DNA from: an uncultured Alphaproteobacteria bacterium
GTDB taxonomy: Bacteria; Pseudomonadota; Alphaproteobacteria; Rhodobacterales; Rhodobacteraceae
DNA: 64,000 nt
Assembly: GCA_963796805.1 (NCBI GenBank)
Contig: CAWCNG010000015.1
Span: forward strand, 23,596-87,595
Direction: 5' to 3'
In this document: positions 30,327 through 40,741 of the stretch, piece after piece
Numbering within the stretch: the first letter of the stretch is position 1
Layout of the letters: each line of letters begins with the position of its first letter
The notes under the pieces: model-generated
Databases searched by the model: none
What the model was told of the DNA's origin: nothing
The model's input: the letters and a program-made list of their open reading frames with translations, nothing else
Position numbers and translations under genes: made by a program

Positions 30327-31709
30327 GCGATGGGTTTCCGTCTGCTGCTCGTTATCGGTTTTGACCCAGTATAGCAGCGCCGAGCCCGACAAGGAACAGC
30401 AGGATCACCGGGCTGACGCCGAGGCGTTGCGAGCCGCTGATCGCGGTGACGACCGCGATGAGCGCCGGGCCGATGAAGGCGGTGGCGCGGCCGGAGAGGG
30501 CGTAGAGGCCGAAGGCCTGGGTCGAGGCCGACGCGGCCTTCGGCCTGGTGGACGAGGAGGGTGCGCGAGGCGGCCTGCAGCGCGCCGGCCGCGGCGCCGA
30601 GGAGGCCGCCCGCGACCATGAAGACGAGGTCGGGAAGCTTGGAGCCGGCGGCGACGCGTGAGGCCGAGGACGCTGGCTGCGGGTGGTCAGGAGCGCCACG
30701 ACGCCGACGGCGATCAGCACCCAGATCGAGGTGACGATCACCGGCCGCGGCCCGAAGGCGCGGTCGGCGCGACCGCCGATCCAGGCGCCGAGGGCGCCGA
30801 CGCCCGGCGGCGACGATGCCGAAGACGCCGAGCTGGAAGAGTGCCCCAGCCGAGGACGCCCGCGGCGTAGATGCCGCCGAAGGCGAAGAGCGCGGCCAGA
30901 GCGTCGCGGTAGACCATGGAGGCGATCAGGAAGGCGAAGAAGCTGCGGTTGCGGGCGGCGAGGCGGAAGGTCGCGACGAGGTCGGCGAGGCCGCCGCGGA
31001 GGAGGCCGGGGGTGCGCCGGCGCCGGCTCGTCGGGGGTCCAGAGAAAGAGCGGGAGGGCGAAGACGACGTACCAGAGCGCCGAGAGCGGGCCGGTGGCGC
31101 GTGCCGGCTCGCCGGCGGCGGGGTCGAGGCCGAGGATGGGCGCGATGCCGAGGAGGGTGGTGGTCGCTGCCGGGGGCCGGGGCGAGGAAGAAGGAGGACG
31201 AGGACCAGCGAGACGAGGCCGCCGAGGTAGCCGAGCGCCCAGCCGGAGCCGGAGATGCGGCCGATCTCGCTGCGCGGGCCGAGGCCGGGCAGCATGGCGT
31301 TGATGAAGACCTGGCCGAACTCGGAGCCGACGAAGGCGATGCCGTAGATGACGAGGACGAGGCCAGGGTGCGCCATGCCCGGGCGTGGCGAGCCAGAAGC
31401 CGGCGCAGCCGAGGACGAAGGGCAGCGAGAAGGCGAGGATCCAGCGCTTTCGCGCGCCGGTGCGGTCGGCCATGGCGCCGAGGAGCGGCGCGAGGACCGC
31501 AACGACGGCGCCGGCGGTCGCGGCGGCGGTGCCCCAGAGCGCCTGGCCGCGCGACCGGGTCGCCGACCACCTCGGCGACGAAGTAGGGCGCGAAGATGAA
31601 GGTGACGATCAGGGTCTGGAAGGGCTGGTTGGCCCAGTCGAAGAGCATCCAGGCGAAGACGCCGCGGCGGTGGCGGGCATGGGCGGGCGGGGCGGCGGGC
31701 ACGGTGCAT
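30323..31709 (-). CDS. UMF1/Atg22-like MFS transporter (several frameshifts)
   Basis: WMLFDWANQPF, GRISGSGWALGYLGG, MVYRDAL, AFGLYALSGRAT. Confidence 0.8.
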
Positions 31710-31711
31710 GG

Positions 31712-32244
31712 TCAGAACTCCGGCGGCCAGGGGCGCTCGTGCCTCGGCCGCGCTCCAGGCGGCGACCCAGGCGGGCAGCGGGGCGCCCAGGTCCGGGGAT
31801 GCCGAGCGCGGCCACAGACGGTCGGTGGGGACGATCCCGCCGGCGCTCGGTGACGGCACCGCGGAAGAGGCGCCCGAGAGCGCCTCGCCGTCGCGGAACA
31901 TCGCCTGCTGGAGATAGAGGAAGCGCGCGTCGCGGCCGACGAAGGCGGAGCGCATCTCCACGCGGTCGAAGACGCGGACGCGGCGGCGGTAGCGCACCGA
32001 AGAGCCGGCGACGGTCAGGCCCCAGCGGTTGGCCTTGAGCGCGCGGCCGAGGCCGGAGCGGATGACGAGCGGGATGCGGCCGAGGTCGTAGAGGGTGAGC
32101 GTGCGGCCGTTGTTGAGCTCCCACCAGGGGTCGATGTCCCACGGCCAGCAGGTGTGGTGCGAGACGTGCACCCGCGAGGGGCAAGCGGGCGGGGCGGACG
32201 CGGGCGAGCGCCAGCTCGATGCCGAGGCGGACCAAGGGGTACAT
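31712..32244 (-). CDS. Acyl-CoA thioesterase (4HBT-like; frameshifts)
   Basis: CWPWDIDPWWELNNGRTLTLYDLGR, GSSVRYRRR. Confidence 0.8.
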
Positions 32245-32313
32245 CGGGCGCTCCTGTCGCCCGGATCGCCGTTCGCCGCGCAGAGATCCCGCTCGCTGCG
32301 GCGTCCGACACCC

Positions 32314-32565
32314 CTACTCGCTGTTGGCGACGGCCGCGATGGCGCCGACGACGACGACTGCGACGAGAACGAATGCGAGGGCGGCGCCACCGGCGCTGCC
32401 GAGCAGGACCGAGCCGGGACCGGACGAGCCCTTCGGCGCCTCCTCTGGCACAGCTACCGGTTGCACGATCACGGTTTGCGCCGGCTCGGCTGCGGGGACC
32501 TGCGCCAGCGCGGGGGCTGCCGCAGTGGCCGCGGCAAGCAGCGCGGTGGTGAGCATTCGTTTCAT
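32314..32565 (-). CDS. Small secreted/membrane hypothetical protein
   Basis: Signal peptide plus C-terminal TM; AGGGAGG RBS. Confidence 0.65.
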   Translation of the reverse strand: MKRMLTTALLAAATAAAPALAQVPAAEPAQTVIVQPVAVPEEAPKGSSGPGSVLLGSAGGAALAFVLVAVVVVGAIAAVANSE

Positions 32566-32698
32566 GGGGGTCCCTCCCTTTGCCGCGGGCGAGACTAGGG
32601 GCGTGGGGCCGCGGGGGCAAGGCGGGCGCGCTCTTGCAGCGGGCGGTCGGCCAGTCTAGGTAAAGCCCGCATCGCCCGAGGCAAAGGAACGCTCCCCG

Positions 32699-32986
32699 AT
32701 GGGTTCGCTGGTCATCATCCTGCTCTATATTATCAACATCGTCTGGTTCATCGTGATCGCGCATGTGGTGATGAGCTGGTTGATCGGTTTCAACGTGCTG
32801 AACCGGCACCAGCCGCTGGTCGGTGCGATCTGGAACGGGTTGAATGGCATCCTTGAGCCGATCTATCGGCCGATCCGGCGGGTGCTACCGGACATGGGTG
32901 GGCTGGACCTGTCGCCGCTGGTGCTGCTGGTGATCCTGTACGGGATCCAGGTGGTGCTGCAGCGGAACGCCTACATGTTCATGTGA
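32699..32986 (+). CDS. YggT family membrane protein
   Basis: MSWLIGFNVLN, EPIYRPIRR, GGLDLSP. Confidence 0.92.
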   Translation: MGSLVIILLYIINIVWFIVIAHVVMSWLIGFNVLNRHQPLVGAIWNGLNGILEPIYRPIRRVLPDMGGLDLSPLVLLVILYGIQVVLQRNAYMFM

Positions 32987-33021
32987 GCTTGGAAAGCCAA
33001 AATTTTACGTCGAAATTCTAG

Positions 33022-33083
33022 ACGTACATCTTATGCACATCGCATGCACAACACGTACACTAAGGAAAACAGTCGGGATTGAG
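33022..33083 (+). repeat. 11-bp-period micro-array element, copy C
   Basis: ACGTACATCTT ATGCACATCGC ATGCACAAC ACGTACAC then TAAGGAAAACAGTCGGGATTGAG. Confidence 0.7.
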
Positions 33084-33249
33084 TCGTCAAGGCTCGCCGC
33101 CGCGCTCTCTCGTCCTTTGGCGCCGACGCATCCGCGCAAGCGCGAACGGCGTGACGACTCTTTGGCGGGGCGGAATTTGCCGCGAGACGCGCAGAAACGT
33201 GCTATTTAGAGAGCGTGTCGCCTGAAACGGCGCACCGAGCCTCTTTCGG

Positions 33250-34092
33250 ATGCAAGAACAGCTGCCTCTGTTCAGTCGATGCGGAGGGCAAGCCTCGGGT
33301 AAAGCTCTCGGATACTACGCGATAGCGCTCGGCCTTGCCGTTCTGGTCGGGCTGGCGGCCCCGGTGCTCGGCGAGGCCAGCACGGTCGTGACGATGCTCA
33401 CGCCCGCCGTCGCGGTCCTCGTCATGCTGACGCTGGTCTCGCCGGAGGGCGGCTGGCGAAGGATGCTGAAGGAACTCGGGCTGACGTCGGCCGGCCTCAA
33501 GGGCTGGCCGCTCGCCATCGGTGGACCGATCCTGCTGCAGCTCTGCGCCCTGGTCCTGCTTGCGTCGGTGGGGCTGACGACGCTGGTCAGGCCGGATGCC
33601 ACGGCGCCCGCGGCGCTCATCGCCGCGAAGCTGCTCGCGGGCCTCGGCGTCGGCACTGCGTTCGCGCTGAGCGAGGAAGTGGGTTGGCGCGGCTACATGC
33701 TGCCCCGCATGCTGGGCCTGGGGCTGGTGCCGGCGATGCTGGTGGTGGGGTTCCTCCACGGCGTCTGGCACCTCCCGTTGCTCCTGACCACCGACTACTA
33801 TCATGCCACCGGCAACCCGTGGATCGTCGTGCCGCTGTTCCTGGTGACGCTGACGCTGGCCGGGGTGTTCTACGGGTTCCTCAGGGTCTGGACCGGGAGC
33901 GTCTGGCCGGTAGCCATCGCACATTCGGCGGTCAACATGACTTGGGCGCTGTCGAGCGAGGTGTCGGCGACACAATCGCCCGCGGTGCTGGAGTATATCG
34001 GCGGAGAGAGCGGCCTCGTGATGATCGGCGGGCTTGTGATCGCCGACCTGATCCTGATCCGGGTGATGGGGAGATCACGCAGAACCTCTTAG
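33250..34092 (+). CDS. CPBP (CAAX/Abi) intramembrane metalloprotease; start uncertain
   Basis: EEVGWRGY, HGVWHLP, AIAHSAVN. Confidence 0.88.
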   Translation: MQEQLPLFSRCGGQASGKALGYYAIALGLAVLVGLAAPVLGEASTVVTMLTPAVAVLVMLTLVSPEGGWRRMLKELGLTSAGLKGWPLAIGGPILLQLCALVLLASVGLTTLVRPDATAPAALIAAKLLAGLGVGTAFALSEEVGWRGYMLPRMLGLGLVPAMLVVGFLHGVWHLPLLLTTDYYHATGNPWIVVPLFLVTLTLAGVFYGFLRVWTGSVWPVAIAHSAVNMTWALSSEVSATQSPAVLEYIGGESGLVMIGGLVIADLILIRVMGRSRRTS

Positions 34093-34107
34093 CGGAGCAA
34101 CCGTGAC

Positions 34108-34928
34108 ATGGACACCGCTCGCTCTGCCGGGCTCGTCGCCGTTCTGAGACGCCACCCGGTCACCGCCTTCGTCATCCTCGCCTACGCCCTATCGTGGTGG
34201 GCGTGGTTCTGGTACCGCGCCGATCCCGAGAATGTCGGGGCTCCGATCCTGCCGATCGGGCCGCTCATCGCCACTGCCTGCTTCTTCCCCTGATCAGTGG
34301 CTGGGCGGGGGTGAAGGAACTCGTCGGCCGCATCCTCCTCTGGCGTGTGGGCTGGAGGTGGTACCCGTTCGTGCTGGGCCTGCCGGTGCTCCTGACGTTG
34401 TCGGCCGTCGGCCTGAACCTCCTCCTAGGGGGGCAGGCGCTGCCGGAGTTCGAGGTGCCGGATGCCGCCAACCTGGCCGTCCGCTTCGTCTTCATTTTCT
34501 TTTGGATCGGGCTGGGCGAAGAGCCGGGCTGGCGAGGCTTCTTGCTGCCTCGTCTTCTGGTCGGGCGCACAGCGCTCGTCGCCGCGCTGATCGTGGGACT
34601 GATCCACATGGTATGGCACCTGCCGCTCTACGGGCGCGAGTACGACGCGGCGAATGTGGTGCCCTGGGGGATCAGCGTCTTCTGCTACTCGATCCTAATC
34701 TGCTGGGTCTACCTTCACACCGGCGGCAGCATCCTGATGCCGATGCTGATGCATGCCTCGACCAACAGCGTCGCCGTCGTCTGGGGGATGTTCGACAGCG
34801 GTGACCAGCTGCGGCTCTGGTGGATCTGGTGCGGCTTGTGGGTGGTCGCGACGCTCATTGTGGTCGCGATCACCGGGCCGGATCTCCGGCGAGCCCGCGC
34901 GGTCCCGATTTCGGCAGGGCCTGAGTGA
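34108..34928 (+). CDS. Second CPBP intramembrane metalloprotease (frameshift ~34290)
   Basis: GEEPGWRGF, HMVWHLP, LMHASTN. Confidence 0.82.
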
Positions 34929-34978
34929 AGTGACGCGGCGCGACGCGACGCATCAAATAGAACGGCGCGCCGGCGCCC

Positions 34979-36196
34979 TCAACGGCGGTTGCGCATGCCG
35001 AGGAGGCGGAGGCGGAGCGCGTTGATCTTGATGAAGCCAGCGGCGTCCTTCTGGTCGTAGGCGCCGGCGTCGTCCTCGAAGGTGACGTGGCTCTCGGAGT
35101 AGAGCGACTGCGGGGAGGAGCGGCCGACGACGGCGGCGCTGCCCTTGTAGAGCTTGACGCGGACGGTGCCGGTGACGTGCTCCTGGCTGCGGTCGATGAG
35201 GGCCTGGAGCATCTCGCGCTCGGGGGAGAACCAGAAGCCGTTGTAGATGAGCTCGGCGTATTTCGGCATCAGCTCGTCCTTGAGGTGCGCGGCGCCCCGG
35301 TCGAGGGTGATCGACTCGATGCCGCGGTGGGCGACGAGGAGAATGGTGCCGCCCGGGGTCTCGTAGATGCCGCGAGACTTCATGCCTACGAAGCGGTTCT
35401 CCACGAGGTCGAGGCGGCCGACGCCGTGCCAGCCGCCGAGCTCGTTCAGGCGGGTGAGGAGGGCGGCGGGGGAGAGGGGCTGGCCGTCGATGGAGACGGC
35501 GTCACCCCTCTCGAAGCCGATCTCGATGTATTGCGGGGTGTCGGGGGCTTTTTCCGGGTCGGTGGTGCGCTGGTAGACGTAAGGCGGGGCTTCCTCGGCG
35601 GGGTTCTCCAGCACCTTGCCCTCGGAGGAGGTGTGCAGCAGGTTGGCATCAACGGAGAAGGGAGCCTCGCCGCGCTTGTCCTTGGCGATGGGGATCTGGT
35701 TTTTCTCGGCGAATTCAAGCAGTTTAGTGCGGGAGGTGAGATTCCACTCGCGCCAGGGAGCGATGACGCGGATCGACGGGTTCAGCGCGTAGGCGGAGAG
35801 CTCGAAGCGGACCTGATCGTTGCCCTTTCCGGTGGCGCCGTGGGCGATGGCGTCGGCACCGGTGGCGGCGGCGATCTCGACGAGGCGCTGGGCGATGAGC
35901 GGGCGGGCGATGGAGGTGCCGAGGAGATAGAGGCCCTCGTAGAGGGCGTTGGCGCGGAACATCGGGAAGACGAAATCGCGCACGAAGGCCTCGCGGAGGT
36001 CCTCGATGAAGATGTTCGCGGGTTTCACGCCGAGGAGCTCGGCCTTGCTGCGCGCCGGCTCCAGCTCCTCGCCCTGGCCGAGGTCGGCGGTGAAGGTGAC
36101 GATCTCGCAGCCGTACTCGGTCTTCAGCCACTTCAGGATGATCGAGGTGTCGAGGCCGCCGGAATAAGCGAGCACGACCTTCTTCGGGGACGACAT
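34979..36196 (-). CDS. argG: Argininosuccinate synthase
   Basis: [34 protein letters not shown]. Confidence 0.98.
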   Translation of the reverse strand: MSSPKKVVLAYSGGLDTSIILKWLKTEYGCEIVTFTADLGQGEELEPARSKAELLGVKPANIFIEDLREAFVRDFVFPMFRANALYEGLYLLGTSIARPLIAQRLVEIAAATGADAIAHGATGKGNDQVRFELSAYALNPSIRVIAPWREWNLTSRTKLLEFAEKNQIPIAKDKRGEAPFSVDANLLHTSSEGKVLENPAEEAPPYVYQRTTDPEKAPDTPQYIEIGFERGDAVSIDGQPLSPAALLTRLNELGGWHGVGRLDLVENRFVGMKSRGIYETPGGTILLVAHRGIESITLDRGAAHLKDELMPKYAELIYNGFWFSPEREMLQALIDRSQEHVTGTVRVKLYKGSAAVVGRSSPQSLYSESHVTFEDDAGAYDQKDAAGFIKINALRLRLLGMRNRR

Positions 36197-36310
36197 GCGG
36201 GCCTCCGGCGCGTTCAGGAGCGGGTTGGGCAGCCGTCTATGCGGTTTTCCCTTGCGCCACAAGCGCCGGGTGGGCGAGGGCTTCGGTCGGAGCAGCAGAG
36301 GTGCACCCCA

Positions 36311-36607
36311 ATGATCCGTCACACCGTCGTCTTCACGCTGAAGCACCCCGAGGGCTCATCCGAGGAGCGGGCGTTCCTTGACGATGCCCGGGCGCTCGGC
36401 GGCCTGCCATCTGTGCGAAACTTCGAGCAGCTGCGGCAGGTCAGCACGAAGAACAGCTTCCGCTACGGCTTCTCCATGGAGTTCGAGGACGAGGCCGGAT
36501 ACGCGGCCTACAACGTCCACCCGGTCCATACGGCCTTCGTCCGCGACCGCTGGGTGCCGGAGGTCGCGGACTTCCTGGAGATCGACTACGTGCCGCTCGG
36601 CGACTAG
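36311..36607 (+). CDS. Dabb (stress-responsive A/B barrel) protein
   Basis: MIRHTVVF...[11 protein letters not shown]...FLEIDY. Confidence 0.85.
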   Translation: MIRHTVVFTLKHPEGSSEERAFLDDARALGGLPSVRNFEQLRQVSTKNSFRYGFSMEFEDEAGYAAYNVHPVHTAFVRDRWVPEVADFLEIDYVPLGD

Positions 36608-37875
36608 CCGTCGACGATCGGCGCGTCGCCCCGCCGGCTGGCGGCAGCCATGAACTCGCGGTCGATCGTGGGCAGAACGTCGCCGTGGATGGTGGCCTCG
36701 AAGGCGCGCAGGCGCTTGTAGATGGAGAGGAGCTCGACCACGGTCGTCCAGGAATTGACGAGGTACTGGAAGGACGAGCGGACCTGGCTGAGGGCGTTGA
36801 GGATCTGGTTCATAAGGCCGAGGGTGATGGAGCCGGCCACGATTGCGGGGGCGAGAACCACGTAACCGAAGACGTTGTCGATCTGCAGGTAGAAGATGCG
36901 GGCGACGTTGAAGTACATGTAGTGGAAGTAGAGGCGGAAGTAGTTGCGACGCACGTTGGAGAAGAGCTCGCGCACGGTGGGCGGGTCGGCACGAGAGGCG
37001 TCGTCCTCGCCGTAGACCAGTTCCTTGCGGTAGGCGGCCTCGACGCGCTGGTTGCGGAACTCGAGGCCGGGCAGCTTGATGCCGACGAGGGCGAGGAAGG
37101 CGGTGCCGAGGGCGGACCAGAGCAGTGCGGCCACCACCAGCGGGTGGGGGATCGAGCCGAGGATGGGGACCTCGGTGATGTCGGCGGAGAGGCGCACCAG
37201 CACTGGCAGGAAGGCGATCAGCGTCATGATGGCGTCGATGAGGTTGCCGCCGAGGAACTCGGTCGTGCTGGCGAAGCGCATGGTGTCTTCTTGGACGCGC
37301 TGCGAGGCACCCTCGATGTTCCGCAGGCGCGGCCAATGCGACATGTAGTAGCCGTTCATCGCCGTCCGCCAGCGGAAGATGTAGTGGCTGATGAAGAAGC
37401 GCGACAGGACGCCGACGGCGACGGCGAGCATCGCGATCTCGAGGAAGGTGGCGAGCCCGGCGTAGAACTCGCCGATGGTCACTGTGCGGGTCTTGCCGAG
37501 GGCAGCCTGGATCAGGTCGTAGAAGGGGCCGTACCAGTCGTTGATGGCGACCGAGACCTGTACCTGGAAGTAGGTGACGAAAAGGATAAGACCGGAGCCG
37601 AGTATCGACCAAGTCCACCAGGGATGGGGCGCGATCACGTTCCAGGCGGCTGCGAAGATGCCGACGGCGACGGCGAAGTAGATGTAGAACCAGAGGAACG
37701 GCCCCGACCAGAAGCGGGAGACCCCGACAAAGACCTCCTCACCGGGTCCGGGGAGCCCGAGCGCGTCGCCGAGGGCGGCGCCGCCGAGGTACCAGCTAGC
37801 GATGCAAACCGCGGACCAGAGCACCACGGACCAGAAGAACAGGCGGGGAGGATTGGGAAAAAAGGATATGAACAC
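36604..37875 (-). CDS. sbmA: Peptide antibiotic transporter SbmA/BacA
   Basis: [52 protein letters not shown]. Confidence 0.95.
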   Translation of the reverse strand: MFISFFPNPPRLFFWSVVLWSAVCIASWYLGGAALGDALGLPGPGEEVFVGVSRFWSGPFLWFYIYFAVAVGIFAAAWNVIAPHPWWTWSILGSGLILFVTYFQVQVSVAINDWYGPFYDLIQAALGKTRTVTIGEFYAGLATFLEIAMLAVAVGVLSRFFISHYIFRWRTAMNGYYMSHWPRLRNIEGASQRVQEDTMRFASTTEFLGGNLIDAIMTLIAFLPVLVRLSADITEVPILGSIPHPLVVAALLWSALGTAFLALVGIKLPGLEFRNQRVEAAYRKELVYGEDDASRADPPTVRELFSNVRRNYFRLYFHYMYFNVARIFYLQIDNVFGYVVLAPAIVAGSITLGLMNQILNALSQVRSSFQYLVNSWTTVVELLSIYKRLRAFEATIHGDVLPTIDREFMAAASRRGDAPIVDG

Positions 37876-38011
37876 GGGGATCGGCCATCTTCTCAGGGGC
37901 GATCGACAAAGGCGCGCGGGGGCGCCCGGCCGATCCGGGTGCCGCTATTGACCGTAAACTCCCCCGTCATGCAACGCCCGCGTGCGAGACTTCACCAGGA
38001 GGTTATTCGCC

Positions 38012-39988
38012 TCAGAGGGTGATGCGGTAGCGCAGGAAACCGTCGGGGGCGTCGCCGGCTGGCTCGATGGCGAGGCCGCGGGCGCGCACGTCCTCGAGGT
38101 AGGCCTCGGACCTCGGGCCGGTGTCGTAGGTGGCGGTGGCGCCGCCGGCGGGGGCGAAGCGCCAGTTGCCGTCGGCGCTGGGCGAGATGGTACCCTTGTC
38201 GATGATGTAGCGCACGACGACGTCGCGGTTGGTGTCGGGCGAGGCGAGGATCACCGTCGAGCCGTCCGCACCCGGGAAGCTGCCGCCGCCGCCGGCGCGG
38301 TAGTTGTTGGTGGCGACGACGAACTTCGCTTCCGGGTCGATCGGCCGGCCGTCGAACATGAGATCGGTGATGCGGCTCGCGTCGGGGTTCACCAGCTTGC
38401 CGTCGACGTCGTACTTGGCCGGTTGGGTCACGTCGATGGCGTAGGTGACGCCGTCGATGACGTCGAAGTTGTAGGCGGGGAAGGCGGGGTCGATCAGCGG
38501 CTGGTCGGGGGTTTCGGCCGTTACCTGCGCGAAGATGCCGGCGGAGCGCTCCAGCCAGTCCTTCAGCTGGGCGCCGGTGATCGCCACCACCTGCAGGGTG
38601 TTGGGGTAGAGGTAGACGTCGGCCACGTTCTTGATCGCGATGGGGCCGGCGGGGACGTCGGTGTAGTAGTCGGGCCCGCCGCGGCCGCCGGACTTGAACG
38701 GGGCGGCGGCGGAGAGGACCGGCAGGCCCTCCCACTCGGTGCCCTTGAGCAGGTCCGTGACGTACCAGGTCTGCGCCTGGCTGACGATCTGCACCGAGGG
38801 GTCGTCGGCGACCACGGCGAAGTAGGATTGGAGCGGCGCGGTCGTCTCGCCGACGGGGGTGCGGACGTATTCTAGGGTGGCCTGGTGGACGGCCTCGGTC
38901 GCCACGATGGCCGGGGCGTAGTCAGCGACGAGCGCGGTGACGCTGCGGTCCTCGTTGCGCTGGTAGATCGGGCGCACGCTCGACTCCGCCGCGGTGACCC
39001 GCCAGGCCCCGCCATCGCGCTCGAGCAGGAGGTCGATCAGGCCCATGTGCGAGCCCCAGAAGCCGCCCATGGTGGCGGGCTTGCCGTTCAGCGTGCCGGC
39101 GGCGAGGTCGATGCCGTCGCCGGCGAAGTCCTCGGACGGCCAGACCCGGTGCTGGTGGCCGGTGACCACGGCGTCGATGCCGGGGACGGCGGCGAGCTGG
39201 AGCGAGGCGTTCTCCATCATCGCCGCCTCCGGGCCGGCGTCGATGCCGGAGTGGCTGAGGGCGACCACCACGTCGGCGCCGGCTTCGCGCATCTCAGGGA
39301 CCCACGCGCGGGCGGCCTCAAGGATGTCGCGGGTCTCAAAGCGCCCCTCGAGGTGGCCGCGGTCCCAGAGCATGATCTGCGGCGGCACGAAGCCGATGAG
39401 GCCGACGTTGATCGCCTGCGGCTGGCCGGCGCCGTCGGTGATGGTGCGCGGCAGAATGACGTAGGGTTCCAGGTGGAGCTTGTCGTCGCGCGGGGCGGCG
39501 CCGAGGGCGGAGGCGAAGTTGGCGCAGACGACGGGGAAGGCGGCGCCGGCGTTGACGAGGTCGAGGAACTCCACGCCGTAGTTGAACTCGTGGTTGCCGA
39601 GGGTGCCGGCCTCGTAGGCGAGGGTATTCATGCCGGCGATGACCGGGTGGACGTCGCCTTCCTTCATGCCGCGCTTGTAGGCGATGTAGTCGCCCATGGG
39701 GTTGCCCTGGAGGTAGTCGCCGTTGTCCACGAGCAGCGTGTTCGTCGCCTCGGCGCGGATCGCCTCGATGATGCTGCCGGTGCGGGCAAGGCCCACGGTG
39801 TCGACGGGCTTGTCGGCGTAGTAGTCGTAGGGCTGCACGTGGCAGTGCAGGTCGGTGGTGGAGATCACCCGGAGATGCGCCTGGCCGGCCTGCGCCCGCG
39901 CCGAGAAAGGATGCAGCACGACGAGCCCTCCGATGGCCGAGACGGTGCCCAGGAATTGGCGGCGCGTGACATGCTGGGGGAGGGTCAT
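38012..39988 (-). CDS. cpdB: 2',3'-cyclic-nucleotide 2'-phosphodiesterase/3'-nucleotidase (Tat-exported)
   Basis: TRRQFL Tat motif; TTDLH, DNGD, GNHEFNYG, GHQH, YLYPN. Confidence 0.95.
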   Translation of the reverse strand: MTLPQHVTRRQFLGTVSAIGGLVVLHPFSARAQAGQAHLRVISTTDLHCHVQPYDYYADKPVDTVGLARTGSIIEAIRAEATNTLLVDNGDYLQGNPMGDYIAYKRGMKEGDVHPVIAGMNTLAYEAGTLGNHEFNYGVEFLDLVNAGAAFPVVCANFASALGAAPRDDKLHLEPYVILPRTITDGAGQPQAINVGLIGFVPPQIMLWDRGHLEGRFETRDILEAARAWVPEMREAGADVVVALSHSGIDAGPEAAMMENASLQLAAVPGIDAVVTGHQHRVWPSEDFAGDGIDLAAGTLNGKPATMGGFWGSHMGLIDLLLERDGGAWRVTAAESSVRPIYQRNEDRSVTALVADYAPAIVATEAVHQATLEYVRTPVGETTAPLQSYFAVVADDPSVQIVSQAQTWYVTDLLKGTEWEGLPVLSAAAPFKSGGRGGPDYYTDVPAGPIAIKNVADVYLYPNTLQVVAITGAQLKDWLERSAGIFAQVTAETPDQPLIDPAFPAYNFDVIDGVTYAIDVTQPAKYDVDGKLVNPDASRITDLMFDGRPIDPEAKFVVATNNYRAGGGGSFPGADGSTVILASPDTNRDVVVRYIIDKGTISPSADGNWRFAPAGGATATYDTGPRSEAYLEDVRARGLAIEPAGDAPDGFLRYRITL

Positions 39989-40086
39989 AGCGATGGCTCC
40001 TCGGAATCGGGTGGGGGTTGTGGGAAGGATGGCACAGGCCGGCACCGGATGCGAGGTCGCCGGCGCGATGCAGCTCGGAGAAAGTC

Positions 40087-40677
40087 ATGCGTCCCTTGTG
40101 GGGTTTCGTGAAGTCCACCTTGATCGGCGGCTTCCTGTTCCTGCTGCCGGTGGGAATTCTGCTCATCGTGTTGGCCAAGCTCGTGGTCTATGCCCGCAGG
40201 GCCGGGGACGCGGTGCATGCGGCGCTGTTCCCGGGAGCGGCGGGGGATCTCGGGCCCACGCTCCTGGCAGTCCTGATGCTCCTCGTCCTCGCCTTCGCTG
40301 CCGGTGCGCTCGCGCGCACGCAGTTCGGCGTCTGGATGTTCGGCAGGCTGGAGGGGGCGATTCTATCGCGGCTCCCGGCCTATACCGTGGTGCGGCAGAC
40401 GGTCGCCGATCTCAGCGACGGCTCGGTGCAGCTGACCGGCGAGGCGGAAACCGAGGTGGTCACGGTACGGCTCGACGACATGACCGTGCTCGGCTTTCTG
40501 ATCGAGCGCCGCGGCGACGGCAGCGCCGTGGTTTTCCTGCCGGGTGCGCCTTCGGCGCTCTCGGGATCGGTGGCGCTGGTTGGGGCGGACCGGATCGGCG
40601 AGACGAAGCTGAAGCCGACCGACGTGATGCAGGGGATGCGTCGGCTGGGCGCCGGGCTTGCTGGCCTGCAGGGATAG
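40087..40677 (+). CDS. DUF502 family membrane protein
   Basis: STLIGGFLFLLP, SRLPAY, VFLPGAP..SG. Confidence 0.75.
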   Translation: MRPLWGFVKSTLIGGFLFLLPVGILLIVLAKLVVYARRAGDAVHAALFPGAAGDLGPTLLAVLMLLVLAFAAGALARTQFGVWMFGRLEGAILSRLPAYTVVRQTVADLSDGSVQLTGEAETEVVTVRLDDMTVLGFLIERRGDGSAVVFLPGAPSALSGSVALVGADRIGETKLKPTDVMQGMRRLGAGLAGLQG

Positions 40678-40741
40678 CCGGAAGCTTGCCGGGCTTTAAC
40701 TTCGCCGCGACTTCGTCCCATATGGGCGGACGGAGGAGGCC

